The notes beneath the pieces were generated by a model. The model was not told the DNA's origin. It made no database searches and worked only from the letters and a program-made list of their open reading frames with translations. From positions 39,011 through 103,010 of the forward strand of contig NZ_DASQNA010000017.1 of NCBI RefSeq assembly GCF_035645195.1: a DNA stretch of 64,000 bases, written 5' to 3'. Both the position numbers and the translations under genes were made by a program. Of the stretch, positions 8,790 through 18,400 are shown piece by piece. Position 1 is the first letter of the stretch, and each line of letters begins with the position of its first letter. This DNA comes from Paenibacillus sp. (GTDB taxonomy: Bacteria > Bacillota > Bacilli > Paenibacillales > YIM-B00363).

Positions 8790-11700
8790 TGCGCGCGATA
8801 TTGAAATGGCGCTGGCTCGTCTTCGCGGCGTGGATCGCGGCGACGGCCGCGCTCGTCGTTGCCGCTCCGAACATGGAGGAGCTCGTCCGCACGAAAGGGC
8901 AAATCGAGGTGCCGGACGGCTATTCGTCTTCGGTCGCGGCGGAGCTGATCGACGAGCTGAACGCCGGGAAAGCGGAAGGCGGCGAAGGCGCTTCTGCGGT
9001 GCTCGTCCTGCACGACGGGGAGGGGCTCGGCGAGGAGGGGCTCGCAGCCGCGCGCGAGGCGATCGAGCGGCTCAAGGCCGGCGAGGCCGAGTACGGCATC
9101 ACCGGCGTGACGACCCACTTCGATACGCCGGAGCTGGAAAGCCAGCTCGTGTCCGAAGACGGGACGACGGCGCTCGCGCTCGTGACGATCGATATGGGCG
9201 GACGGACGCCGGCCGAGGCGAAAGACGCGCTGTACGAAGCGATCGGAGACACCTCGCTCGAGCATTATTACACGGGCGGCTGGCTCATTTCGGAGGACGT
9301 CATTCAGAGTTCTCAGGCGGGGCTGAAAAAGACGGAATGGATTACGCTCGTGTTCATTCTGGCCATTTTGTTCGTCGTATTCCGCTCGGCGGTCGCGCCG
9401 TTCATTCCGCTCGTCGCGGTCGGCTTCAGCTACGTCGCGGCGCAGTCGATCGTCGCGTTCCTCGTGGACGGCTTCGATTTTCCGCTGTCGAATTTTACGC
9501 AGATTTTTCTCGTCGCCGTCCTGTTCGGCATCGGCACGGACTACTGCATTTTGCTGATCAGCCGGTTTAAGGAAGAGCTGGCGCATGCGGACAACGTGCA
9601 GGATGCGGTGCTGGCGACGTATCGGGCATCGGGCAAAACGGTGTTGTTTTCCGGCCTCGCGGTGCTCGTCGGCTTTACGTCGATCGGCTTCTCCAAGTTC
9701 GTGCTGTACCAATCGGCCGCCGCGGTCGCCGTCGGGGTCGCGGTGATGCTGCTCGCGCTCGTTACGCTCGTGCCGTTCTTTATGGCGACGCTCGGCCCGA
9801 AGCTGTTCTGGCCGGCGCGCGGCTCGCTCGAGCATAAGCCGAGCCGGCTGTGGGGCGCGGTCGGCTCCTTCGCCTTGAAGCGGCCGGTCTGGGCGCTGCT
9901 CGTGCTGGCGGCGGTGACGGTGCCGGCGCTGTCCGTATATCAAGGTTCGACGTCGTTCAACTCGCTCGATGAGATCGGCGACAAATACGAGTCGGTCAAG
10001 GCGTTCAACCTGATCGCGGAGGGCTTCGGCCCCGGGGACTCGCTGCCGACGACCGTCGTCTTGAAGGCGGACCGGCCGTTCGATACGCCGGAGGGGCTCG
10101 CGGCCGTCGAGCAGGTGTCGCGGGAGCTGGCGCAGGTGGACGGCGTGAAGCTCGTCCGCAGCGCGACGCGCCCGACGGGCGACGCGATCGAGGATTTACG
10201 AATCGCGAAGCAGGCGGAGACGCTGGGGAGCGGCATCGGAGAGGCCGGCGACGGCCTCGGACAAATCGGCTCGGGGCTGCAGGAGGCCGGCGAAGCGCTG
10301 AAGGCGAACGCGCCGAAGCTGCAGGACGCTGCCGCGGGAGCGGGGCAGCTCGTCGACGGGACGATCGAGTTGAAGACCGGCGTCATCCAGCTAGGCGACG
10401 GGCTGCAGCGCATCGAGCAGGGGCTGCGCGAGGGCTCGGTCGGCGCGGCGGAGCTGGCGCAGGGGCTGCGCGAGGCGCATGCGAGCGCCGAGCAGCTAAG
10501 CGCGGCGGCCGCGCAGCTGTCGCAGAGCTACCGGACGATCGGCGTCGGGCTCGATGCATTGGCAGGCGCGTATGAGCAGACGACGGCGAAGCAGGCGGAG
10601 CTGACGGCCGGCCTCGCGTCGGTCGGGCAAGGGCTCGACGCGCTCGCGGCGAACTATCCGGAGCTGCAGGACGATGCGGGCTTCCAGCAGGTGCGGGGCG
10701 CCGTCGCGCAGCTCGCGGACGGCTCGGCGCAGCTGAACGAAGGGCTCGCGCAGCTGAACGAGCAGCTCGAAGCCGTCGCCGGCGGCGTGAAGCAGGCGAA
10801 CGCCGGCTTGGAGCAGGCGGCCGCGGGTCAGCAGGCGCTGACGCAGGGGCTCGCGCAGCTGGCGGAGGGCATCGAGCAGCTGCAAGCGGGCATCGAGCAG
10901 GCCGCGGCGGGCCAAGGCCAAATCGTCGCCAAGCTGCCGGAATTGAACGGCGGCTTCGACCGGCTGACCGAAGGACAGCGCGAGCTGCAGAGCGGATTCG
11001 CGCAGCTGTCCGCGCAGCTCGGGGAGCTGACGAACGGCTTGGATCAGAGCGTGGACGGCTTGACGCAGGTGACGGAAGGGCTCGCGTCCGCGCAGGAGTA
11101 TCTCGCAGGGCTGTCGTCGGCGCCGAACGAGCAGCTGACCGGCTGGTATTTGCCGCCGGAGGCGGCGGATCGCGGCGACTTCCGCACGGCGCTCGATGCG
11201 TACATGTCGGCGGACCGGACGCTCGTCAAGTTCGACGTCGTGTTCGAGGGCAATCCGTACGCCGAGGAGACGTTGTCCAAGACGGCGCTGCTGGAGGACG
11301 CCGTCGACCGCGGGCTGCAGGGCACGGGGTTCGAAGATGCCCGATCCGCGCTGGGCGGCGTGACGAGCATGAACAGCGATTTGCGCGAGATTTCCGCCGG
11401 CGACTACAAGCGGACCGTCGCGCTCATGCTGATCGGCATCACGCTCATCTTGATCGTGCTGTTCCGCTCGCTCGTCATGCCGATGTATCTCGTCTTGTCG
11501 CTGCTGCTGACGTATTACACGTCCATGGCGTTCGCCGAGCTGCTGTTCGTGCGCATTATCGGCCTCGACGGCATCAGCTGGGCGGTGCCGTTCTTCGCCT
11601 TCGTCATGCTGATGGCGCTCGGCATCGACTACAGCATTTTCCTGATGGATCGCTTCCAAGAGTACCGGCACCTAGACCCGAAGGAAGGCATCCTGCTCGC

Positions 11701-11971
11701 GATGAAGCGGATGGGCGCCGTCATCATGTCGGCGGCCGTCATTCTCGGCGGCACGTTCGCCGCGATGCTGCCGTCCGGCGTCATGTCGCTCATGCAGATC
11801 GCCGTCATCGTGCTGTGCGGCCTGTTCCTGTACGCGATGGTCATGCTGCCGCTGTTCATTCCGGTCATGATACGCGTGTTCGGGCAGGCGAATTGGTGGC
11901 CGTTCATGGAGCCGCCGGGCGCCGAGGCGATCCGCGCGGCGGACGCGCACGGGAAAACCTTGCACCATTAA
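8786..11971 (+). CDS. MMPL family RND transporter with long heptad-repeat insertion
   Basis: Two MMPL halves (GIGTDY, ALGIDY) separated by a Leu/Gly/Ala heptad coiled-coil region. Confidence 0.92.
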   Translation: MMRAILKWRWLVFAAWIAATAALVVAAPNMEELVRTKGQIEVPDGYSSSVAAELIDELNAGKAEGGEGASAVLVLHDGEGLGEEGLAAAREAIERLKAGEAEYGITGVTTHFDTPELESQLVSEDGTTALALVTIDMGGRTPAEAKDALYEAIGDTSLEHYYTGGWLISEDVIQSSQAGLKKTEWITLVFILAILFVVFRSAVAPFIPLVAVGFSYVAAQSIVAFLVDGFDFPLSNFTQIFLVAVLFGIGTDYCILLISRFKEELAHADNVQDAVLATYRASGKTVLFSGLAVLVGFTSIGFSKFVLYQSAAAVAVGVAVMLLALVTLVPFFMATLGPKLFWPARGSLEHKPSRLWGAVGSFALKRPVWALLVLAAVTVPALSVYQGSTSFNSLDEIGDKYESVKAFNLIAEGFGPGDSLPTTVVLKADRPFDTPEGLAAVEQVSRELAQVDGVKLVRSATRPTGDAIEDLRIAKQAETLGSGIGEAGDGLGQIGSGLQEAGEALKANAPKLQDAAAGAGQLVDGTIELKTGVIQLGDGLQRIEQGLREGSVGAAELAQGLREAHASAEQLSAAAAQLSQSYRTIGVGLDALAGAYEQTTAKQAELTAGLASVGQGLDALAANYPELQDDAGFQQVRGAVAQLADGSAQLNEGLAQLNEQLEAVAGGVKQANAGLEQAAAGQQALTQGLAQLAEGIEQLQAGIEQAAAGQGQIVAKLPELNGGFDRLTEGQRELQSGFAQLSAQLGELTNGLDQSVDGLTQVTEGLASAQEYLAGLSSAPNEQLTGWYLPPEAADRGDFRTALDAYMSADRTLVKFDVVFEGNPYAEETLSKTALLEDAVDRGLQGTGFEDARSALGGVTSMNSDLREISAGDYKRTVALMLIGITLILIVLFRSLVMPMYLVLSLLLTYYTSMAFAELLFVRIIGLDGISWAVPFFAFVMLMALGIDYSIFLMDRFQEYRHLDPKEGILLAMKRMGAVIMSAAVILGGTFAAMLPSGVMSLMQIAVIVLCGLFLYAMVMLPLFIPVMIRVFGQANWWPFMEPPGAEAIRAADAHGKTLHH

Positions 11972-11990
11972 CGACGACGTATAGAAGTAC

Positions 11991-12043
11991 AAAAAAAGCT
12001 CTCGCCCCTACAGCCGTCAAGGCCGCTGCGGGCGAGAGCTTTT
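11991..12043. terminator. Bidirectional intrinsic terminator
   Basis: A tract, then AAGCTCTCGCCC / GGGCGAGAGCTT stem, then T tract, between convergent genes. Confidence 0.75.
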
Positions 12044-12069
12044 CGCTCAGGATCCGGTCGAGCGCGCCG

Positions 12070-12396
12070 TTATTGCAAAAACGAAGACGACGAGGTTCCC
12101 GGTTTGAAAGTGGTTTGAAGCTGGGCGATAACGTTGTCGATGTTTTGCTGCATTTGCTGCACCTGGCGCTGCTGCGCCTGGATTTGCGCTTCCAGCTGCT
12201 TTTGGGCGCCGACGAGGTCGCGGCTGATGCTGCGCAGCGCGTTGATCGTATCCATGACCTTCTGCGAGAACGAATCCGCGCCCGCGCTCAGGATCGCCTG
12301 CTGCGCTTGCTGCGCTTGCTGCTCCTGCCGCATGAAGCGCTGCTGTTGATATTGCTGATACGAAGAAGGGGTCACTTGGCCCATACCGTCTTGCAT
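12070..12396 (-). CDS. Gln-rich small hypothetical protein (108 aa)
   Basis: AAAGGAGG RBS; coiled-coil-like, Gln-rich sequence. Confidence 0.7.
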   Translation of the reverse strand: MQDGMGQVTPSSYQQYQQQRFMRQEQQAQQAQQAILSAGADSFSQKVMDTINALRSISRDLVGAQKQLEAQIQAQQRQVQQMQQNIDNVIAQLQTTFKPGTSSSSFLQ

Positions 12397-12450
12397 ACGA
12401 CGAGGCCTCCTTTCGACAAGTAGAATGCTTGGCAGAATCTGCTTCGCTTC

Positions 12451-12480
12451 TAGTTTGCGGCAGGAGGCCTTCGTTTATGC
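12451..12480 (-). promoter_or_regulatory. sigmaG-like promoter
   Basis: GCATA-N18-CAAACTA on the minus strand (consensus GCATA-N17/18-CATACTA). Confidence 0.5.
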
Positions 12481-12485
12481 GGAAA

Positions 12486-13355
12486 TTATTCCTCTTCTTT
12501 CCGCGGCGGAACGTCCACCGCCCCGGTCGGCGGCAGCGGAGGCGTGTCGTACACGTTCGGCGGCGCCGGCGGCAGCGTCGAACGATCGCCGAACGCCGGC
12601 GGCTCCGCGACGTAGCGGAACGTGCCGCGGCCGTCGAGGCTCGGCCCTTGCGCCCAGCGGCCGGTGGAGCTTTCCTCGCCCGCGGAGAAGTTGAAGAGCG
12701 TGTAGGACACTTGCTGCTTCTCGAGCTCCCGCGGGAACGTCGTCGGCGCCACGATGTCGCCGAGCTGCGCTTCGAGCTCGGCGATCGCCGCCGCCCACAT
12801 GTTTTGGTGGTAAGCGTCCCGCGCGATCAGCCACGACAGCATATCCTTCACGCCGCGGTCGTCCGTCATTTCGTAGAGGCGGCACACTTGGAGCCGTCCT
12901 TGCGATTCGGCGGCCAGATTATGGCGGAAGTCCGCCAGCAAATTGCCGCTGGCGATAATATACTTCGCGTTCCACGGGTAGCCTTCGCTGTCGGACGGCT
13001 TCGAGCCGAGGCCCGACACGATCACGTGCTGCGGATTCATGCCGCCCATGACGGCGCCGAGCACCGGGTTCGCTTTCGCCGCTTGCTCTTGGACGTCCGC
13101 CGGCGTGCCGTCGAGCAGCCGGGCGATCATCGTGGCGAGCATTTCGACGTGGGCGATCTCCTCCGTGCCGACATCGAGCAGCAAATCCTTGTACTTGCCC
13201 TCGACCCGGCAGTTCCAGCCTTGGAATAAATATTGCATCATGACGGTGATTTCGCCGAATTGACCGCCGAGCACCTCTTGCAGTTTTTTGGCGTATACGG
13301 GATCCGGCCGCTCGGGCTTGGCGTGATACTGCATTTCTTTAATATGGTAAAACAT
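12486..13355 (-). CDS. Manganese catalase family protein
   Basis: EVLGGQFGE, GTEEIAHVEM, NLAAESQGRL and ARDAYHQ di-Mn ligand motifs. Confidence 0.93.
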   Translation of the reverse strand: MFYHIKEMQYHAKPERPDPVYAKKLQEVLGGQFGEITVMMQYLFQGWNCRVEGKYKDLLLDVGTEEIAHVEMLATMIARLLDGTPADVQEQAAKANPVLGAVMGGMNPQHVIVSGLGSKPSDSEGYPWNAKYIIASGNLLADFRHNLAAESQGRLQVCRLYEMTDDRGVKDMLSWLIARDAYHQNMWAAAIAELEAQLGDIVAPTTFPRELEKQQVSYTLFNFSAGEESSTGRWAQGPSLDGRGTFRYVAEPPAFGDRSTLPPAPPNVYDTPPLPPTGAVDVPPRKEEE

Positions 13356-13398
13356 CCTCGCGCACCACTCCGTTCTCTATTTTTCCCTCATTTCAGTT

Positions 13399-13428
13399 TA
13401 ATGTACTCAGGCTGGTCGTCCGTTATGC
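13399..13428 (-). promoter_or_regulatory. sigmaF/sigmaG-like promoter
   Basis: GCATA-N15-GAGTACATTA against consensus GYATA-N15-GGnnAnAHTR (one mismatch). Confidence 0.4.
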
Positions 13429-13495
13429 GGCGGGACATAGCGCGGTTCGGCGATGGAAAAGCTACGGAAAACGGAAAGAGGAGGGAACCGAAGGC

Positions 13496-14107
13496 ATGGA
13501 CACGGAGTGGAGGCCGGCCGTCTGGCCGGAAATCGCGCCGCCGGCGGACGCCGCCGCGTGCGAGCGATGCGAGCTGTCGCGGCAGCGCGCCCGCGTCATC
13601 TGGGCGGAAGGCGGCGAGGAGGCGCCGATCGCCGCCGTGCTGGACAATCCCGGCGCGAGGGAGGACCGCGAAGGCACGCCGTTCGTGTGCGCGACGAGGT
13701 CGGCGCTGCAGCGGGCCGTCGCGGAGGCCGGCTTGACCGCGGAGGAGCTGTTCGTGACGTATTTGCTGAAATGCCGGCCGATCCGCGCCTACGACAAAGA
13801 AGCGGCGCGGAAGGCGTGCTTCGCCTATCTTGAAGGGCAGCTCGAAGGGCGGCGCGCGATCATGCTGCTCGGCCTCGTCGCGGCCCGGTTCGCGCTCGAT
13901 AGGCCCGATGCGGAGATGGCGGAGCTGCGCGGCCGATGGCACGAGTTCCGGGGCATTCCGGCTCGGGTGACGTACCATCCGCTCGCGGTCCATCGGCGGC
14001 CGAATCTCGCGAAGGGATTTTTCGCGGATTGGCGCGAGCTAGCCGTAATGGCGCTTCCAGCCGTAGGCGGCGGTCGCCGCGAGCAGCGCGACCGCGGCGG
14101 GGAATAG
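13496..14107 (+). CDS. Uracil-DNA glycosylase, family 4-like
   Basis: CERCEL Fe-S cysteines, VLDNPGARED, LLKCRP and TYHP motifs. Confidence 0.85.
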   Translation: MDTEWRPAVWPEIAPPADAAACERCELSRQRARVIWAEGGEEAPIAAVLDNPGAREDREGTPFVCATRSALQRAVAEAGLTAEELFVTYLLKCRPIRAYDKEAARKACFAYLEGQLEGRRAIMLLGLVAARFALDRPDAEMAELRGRWHEFRGIPARVTYHPLAVHRRPNLAKGFFADWRELAVMALPAVGGGRREQRDRGGE

Positions 14108-14674
14108 CGCCTCGGGGGCGCGGGCCGCGCCGAGCAGCGGTTCGACGCGGAGCTGGAGCACCGCGGAGAACGACATGACCGCGGCGATGGCGATCTGCGT
14201 CCAAGGCGCGGACGTGATCCAACCGTACAGGCGCGGGCCGAGCAGGACGAGCGCGGTCGTCGCGGCGAGATTCCCGGCGAACGTGACGAACAGGCTCGGG
14301 GAGGCGGCGGAGACGAGCACCGACGTATCGACCGACGTGAGCGCGTCGAGCCACAGCGTCGTGCCGACGATCGCGCCGATCGTTCGCTTGGGCAGCACGC
14401 TCTCGGCGCGGAACGACATCTGCGACTCGCCGGCGAGCCGGAGCGCGAAGAAAACGATGCCGACGGCGGAGACGAGCCTGAGGCCGGGCAGGCGAAACAT
14501 CGTGTCGGCGGCGAGGCAGTAGATCGGATGCGCCGACGCGAGCGTCGCGAAGACGAGAAGGCGCGCCGCACGGGGGTGCGGGTGCCGTTTGATTTGGATG
14601 GCGCTGAAGATGAGCAAGATGCTGTCGATGGACGTAATGAAAAACAAGAAAGCGACAATGAGCGTTTCCCGCAT
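14039..14674 (-). CDS. TerC/YjbE-like integral membrane protein
   Basis: Several hydrophobic helices, with SID..LLI and LDALTSVD..V segments resembling TerC acidic motifs. Confidence 0.6.
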   Translation of the reverse strand: MRETLIVAFLFFITSIDSILLIFSAIQIKRHPHPRAARLLVFATLASAHPIYCLAADTMFRLPGLRLVSAVGIVFFALRLAGESQMSFRAESVLPKRTIGAIVGTTLWLDALTSVDTSVLVSAASPSLFVTFAGNLAATTALVLLGPRLYGWITSAPWTQIAIAAVMSFSAVLQLRVEPLLGAARAPEALFPAAVALLAATAAYGWKRHYG

Positions 14675-14761
14675 GGCGTCCTCCTCATGGTCCGGTGCCG
14701 GGTGTCTCTACTTTATGTATTCGGACAAGGAGGACGATATGATGGTTGTTTCCGCGCAAGC

Positions 14762-14789
14762 AAAAACCTCCCGCATGCCGCGGGAGGTT
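14762..14789 (-). terminator. Intrinsic terminator of the Gln-rich gene
   Basis: AACCTCCCGC / GCGGGAGGTT stem with a T tract on the minus strand. Confidence 0.75.
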
Positions 14790-14814
14790 CGTCGCGTGAA
14801 TATATCGCAATCGA

Positions 14815-15243
14815 TTATTGGTAGTAGCCTTGGTTGAAATGAGAAGGCTGTTGGATCGCTTGGTTCGCGATCGAGCCCATCGTTTGGCGAACCGTCGATT
14901 CCAGCTGGCGGCACGCCTGCACCGCTTGCTGCAGCGCGTTGATCGCATGATAGTGCTCTTGCAGCATGTGCTGGATTTGCTGCGCGTTTTGCTGCTCGAG
15001 CTGCGCCATTTGCGTTTGCTCCTGCAGCATCTGTTGGATGCGCTGCGCGTTTTGCTGCTCCATTTGCGCCATGTGCGCCTGCTCATGCATCAGCTGCTGA
15101 ATGCGCTGCGCGTTTTGCTGCTCGAGCTGCGCCATTTGCGTATACAGCTGGTTGTGCTGCTGCGTCTGCTGGATGACTTGCTGGCAGAGCGCCTCGATTT
15201 GCTGGAACTGCTGCGAGATTTGGTTCGTTTGCGCTTGGTGCAT
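14815..15243 (-). CDS. Gln-rich protein (142 aa) with three 21-aa repeats
   Basis: AGGAGG RBS before ATG 15243. Repeats: QMAQLEQQNAQRIQQLMHEQA / HMAQMEQQNAQRIQQMLQEQT / QMAQLEQQNAQQIQHMLQEHY. Confidence 0.8.
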   Translation of the reverse strand: MHQAQTNQISQQFQQIEALCQQVIQQTQQHNQLYTQMAQLEQQNAQRIQQLMHEQAHMAQMEQQNAQRIQQMLQEQTQMAQLEQQNAQQIQHMLQEHYHAINALQQAVQACRQLESTVRQTMGSIANQAIQQPSHFNQGYYQ

Positions 15244-15302
15244 GGTTACCCTCCTAGAATTGTGCATGTCGGTGCTTCGCCGTCTGATGGCGGCCCGACT
15301 GG

Positions 15303-15331
15303 TAGTATGCTCCAGGCTGGAAAAACTATGC
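15303..15331 (-). promoter_or_regulatory. sigmaG promoter
   Basis: GCATA-N17-CATACTA, an exact match to the forespore sigmaG consensus. Confidence 0.75.
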
Positions 15332-15357
15332 ACGCGTTCCGGCACGAAATGTTCCCG

Positions 15358-15831
15358 TCAGCTGGTGAAACGGTCCGCGACCGCGCTCGCGCCGAACGAT
15401 TCCGGCTTGATGCGGGCGACGTACCCGACGGAGGTGACCCATCCTTTGATTTCGGTGATGAGCGCCTTCGTCTCGCCCTGCTGCCCGATGTCGATATGAA
15501 TTTCGAGCGGCCACGCCGACAGAAGGGAGTTCATGCCTTGGGCGTTGAGCAGCTCGACGAGCGACAGGCTCAGCTCGGTTTCTCGGTAGATGCGGTGACG
15601 CAAATCGTACATCGGTTTCATCCGCTGCTTGCGGAAAAAGAAACGGGCGCCTTTGCCGACCCGATGAATGACGACCGCGGTGACGAACGTAGTGGCTTGG
15701 TGCGTCGTCTGGGAGTCTGTGCCGATGACGATTTTGTGCGCCGCCTTCGGGTCCTCCTCCAAGTAAGCTGCGATGTGACGAATCATCTGGTCGACGGAAA
15801 GCAAGCCGGAGGTCGGGCTGCGGAATTGCAT
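15358..15831 (-). CDS. RNase H-like YkuK family protein
   Basis: IGTDSQ, RIYRETELS, EIHIDIG and IKPESFGASAVADR motifs. Confidence 0.88.
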   Translation of the reverse strand: MQFRSPTSGLLSVDQMIRHIAAYLEEDPKAAHKIVIGTDSQTTHQATTFVTAVVIHRVGKGARFFFRKQRMKPMYDLRHRIYRETELSLSLVELLNAQGMNSLLSAWPLEIHIDIGQQGETKALITEIKGWVTSVGYVARIKPESFGASAVADRFTS

Positions 15832-16026
15832 GCGGCATGTCTCCTTTCCGATACTTGATTCTGTTTTTTTACTCAGTATACCCGATTGTCAGAAAATTCG
15901 CTCCATTTTTGCGGCAAAAGCGTCTCCATACGTTTCAATGCGTCTCTTTGGAAGGCTTATGCGCGCAGGCGCCTGGCGATGAACGAAATTCGCGGCGGAC
16001 GAAAAGCGGCAAACCCGCGTCGAAGC

Positions 16027-16055
16027 TTGTCAAACCGGGGCTGCTGCACTATACT
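16027..16055 (+). promoter_or_regulatory. sigmaA promoter
   Basis: TTGTCA-N17-TATACT directly upstream of the TPP aptamer. Confidence 0.7.
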
Positions 16056-16074
16056 CAAGTTGTCCGACAAAACG

Positions 16075-16172
16075 AATACCGGAAACCGGGAGCTGAATGA
16101 AGTTCGGCTGAGAGTGGAGCCTTGTGTTCCTGACCGTGCATCTGATCTGGGTAATGCCAGCGTAGAGAACCG
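16075..16172 (+). ncRNA. TPP riboswitch aptamer
   Basis: GGGAGC...GCTGAGA...CTGATCTGGGTAATGCCAGCGTAG core, upstream of a thiamine-precursor ABC operon. Confidence 0.9.
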
Positions 16173-16190
16173 CGACATGCGACGCGTCGA

Positions 16191-16237
16191 CCGTCCTTGG
16201 CTTGCTTATCCACAGCAGGCGGAAGGACGGTTTTTTT
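16191..16237 (+). terminator. Riboswitch expression-platform terminator
   Basis: CCGTCCTT / AAGGACGG stem followed by T7. Confidence 0.8.
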
Positions 16238-16309
16238 GTATGGCTTCGGGACCGGATAGGGCGGAGTTAGGTTCGGATGAAAACACATAGAAAACGGGGG
16301 AGAAACGAA

Positions 16310-17323
16310 ATGAACAAGCGTTGGACGAAATGGATCGGCATCGTGCCCGCGGCGGCGCTCGCCGTTGCGGCGCTCGCCGGCTGCGCGGCCGGAAACGAAA
16401 CGAATCAAGCGGAGGGCGGGGAACAGCTCCGCAAAGTGACGGTCGTGCTCGATTGGACGCCGAATACGAACCATACGGGGCTGTACGTCGCCGATGCGAA
16501 GGGGTATTACGAAGAAGAAGGGCTCGACGTCGACATCGTGCAGCCGGGCGATGCCGGCGCGGACGCGGTCGTCGCTTCGGGCGAAGCGGAATTCGGCGTC
16601 AGCTATCAAGAAGGCGTGACGCTCGCGCGGACGCAGAACTTCCCGCTCGTATCGATCGCGGCCGTCATTCAGCACAATACGTCGGGCTTCGCGGCGCCGG
16701 CTTCGCTCGGCATCAAGTCACCGAAGGATTTCGAGGGGAAAACGTACGGCGGCTGGGGCTCGCCGGTCGAAGCGGCGATGATCGAGTCGCTGATGAACGA
16801 AGCCGGCGCCGATTTCTCCAAAGTCGAGATCGTCAGCATCGGCAACAACGATTTCTTCACCGCGCAGCACAACGGCATCGATTTCCAATGGATTTATTAC
16901 GGCTGGACCGGGGTCGAATCGGAGCTTCGCGGCGAACCGATCGACGTCGTCTGGTTGACGGACTATTCCGATAAGCTGGATTACTACACGCCTGTGCTCG
17001 TAACGAACGAAACGCTGCTGAAAGACGACCCGGAGCTCGCGAAGAAGTTCCTGCGGGCGACGTCGAAAGGATATACGTTCGCCGCCGAGCAGCCGGAGGA
17101 AGCCGCGAACGTCTTGGTCGAAGCGGTGCCGGAGCTGAACAAGGACCTTGTCGTCGCGAGTCAGAAATGGCTGAGCCCGAAATATATCGACGACGCGTCC
17201 CGCTGGGGCGAGCAGAAGCAAGAGGTTTGGGAAAATTACGCGGCGTGGATGTCGGAGCACGGCTTGCTCGAAGGCGAGTTCGATGCGGCGAAGGCGTTCG
17301 CGAACGAGTATTTGCCGGAATAA
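16310..17323 (+). CDS. NMT1/THI5-like (ThiY-type) ABC substrate-binding lipoprotein
   Basis: LAGC lipobox, LDWTPNTNH, YYTPVLV; under a TPP riboswitch. Confidence 0.9.
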   Translation: MNKRWTKWIGIVPAAALAVAALAGCAAGNETNQAEGGEQLRKVTVVLDWTPNTNHTGLYVADAKGYYEEEGLDVDIVQPGDAGADAVVASGEAEFGVSYQEGVTLARTQNFPLVSIAAVIQHNTSGFAAPASLGIKSPKDFEGKTYGGWGSPVEAAMIESLMNEAGADFSKVEIVSIGNNDFFTAQHNGIDFQWIYYGWTGVESELRGEPIDVVWLTDYSDKLDYYTPVLVTNETLLKDDPELAKKFLRATSKGYTFAAEQPEEAANVLVEAVPELNKDLVVASQKWLSPKYIDDASRWGEQKQEVWENYAAWMSEHGLLEGEFDAAKAFANEYLPE

Positions 17324-17339
17324 AAAGGGGGCGAAGCGA

Positions 17340-17636
17340 ATGGCCGACGCGCTCGTCAGCATTCAAATTTTGCCGCGGACGCCGAACGGGGAAAGCGTCA
17401 TCCCGTACGTCGATCGCGCGATCGAGATCATTCAGGCGTCCGGCGTCCGTTACGTCGTCGGTCCGCTCGAGACGACGATGGAGGGCGATTTCTCGGAGCT
17501 GCTCGAGATCGTGAAAGCGATGAACGACGAAATGATCCGCCTCGGGGCGCCGAGCGTCCTGTCGCAGGTGAAAATCTCGTACAACCCGACGGACGGGGCG
17601 TCGATCGACCGTCTGATCGCGAAGTACCGAACATGA
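17340..17636 (+). CDS. MTH1187/DUF77 thiamine-binding protein
   Basis: VSIQILP and VGPLETTMEG motifs. Confidence 0.85.
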   Translation: MADALVSIQILPRTPNGESVIPYVDRAIEIIQASGVRYVVGPLETTMEGDFSELLEIVKAMNDEMIRLGAPSVLSQVKISYNPTDGASIDRLIAKYRT

Positions 17637-18388
17637 ACGCGCTTCGCGCCGTTTGGCCGCCCGCCGCGGCGGTCGCCGCGTTCCTGCTCGCCTGGGAGGG
17701 CGCGGCTCGCGCGGAATGGTTCCCGCCTTTCTTGTTTCCGGGGCCCGGCGCGGTCGCTCGGGCGTTCGCCGAGGACGCCGCGCTCGTCGCTTCCCATGCC
17801 GCTTCGTCGTTCGGCATCGCCGTCGCGGGCCTCGCCTGCGGCTTCGCGTTCGGCTTAGGCGTCGCCTGCGCGCTGCACTTGGCGCGGCCGCTGCGCTCCG
17901 CGTTCGCGCCGCTGCTCATCCTGTCGCAGAACGTGCCGACGATCGTGCTCGCGCCGCTGCTCGTCGTCTGGTTCGGCTTCGGGTGGATGCCGAAGCTCGT
18001 GCTGCTGACGCTGGTCTGCTTCTTCCCGATTGCGGTGTCTACGTTGGACGGGCTTGCCCGGGCCGATCGGAACATGGTAGGGTATATGCGGATGGCCGGG
18101 GCGACGCGCTGGCAGACGTTCGCGAAGCTGGAGCTTCCGGGGGCGCTGCCTCCGTTGTTTTCGGGCCTTAAGGTGTCGGCCGCTTACAGCGTGCTCGGCG
18201 CGGTCATCGCCGAATGGGCGGGCGCGAGCCGCGGGCTCGGCGTCTATTTGAACTTGATGAAATCGGGATACCGAGTGGACCGCATGTTCGTGGCGATCGC
18301 CGTCATCGCGGCGTTGAGCTTGTTGTTGTACTCGCTTGTCGCCGGATGCGAGCGGCGCTGGATTCGTTGGCATCGCGACCGCGAGTAA
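17633..18388 (+). CDS. ABC permease (ThiX-type)
   Basis: SQNVPTIVLAP, FFPIAV and GAVIAEW motifs. Confidence 0.88.
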   Translation: MNALRAVWPPAAAVAAFLLAWEGAARAEWFPPFLFPGPGAVARAFAEDAALVASHAASSFGIAVAGLACGFAFGLGVACALHLARPLRSAFAPLLILSQNVPTIVLAPLLVVWFGFGWMPKLVLLTLVCFFPIAVSTLDGLARADRNMVGYMRMAGATRWQTFAKLELPGALPPLFSGLKVSAAYSVLGAVIAEWAGASRGLGVYLNLMKSGYRVDRMFVAIAVIAALSLLLYSLVAGCERRWIRWHRDRE

Positions 18389-18400
18389 GAGGAGGATATC

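Noticed and set aside
10190-11110. Heptad-repeat insertion in MMPL as a novelty
   Set aside because: Such coiled-coil inserts are a known feature of Bacillales MMPL and YhgE/Pip-like proteins.
13496-14107. Two uracil-DNA glycosylases in one window as a special system
   Set aside because: They are 42 kb apart in unrelated contexts, and families 1 and 4 commonly coexist.
14675-14760. yybP-ykoY Mn riboswitch before the TerC-like gene
   Set aside because: Conserved aptamer motifs are not visible. There is only a possible RBS-sequestering GTCCTCCT/AGGAGGAC pair, too weak to call.
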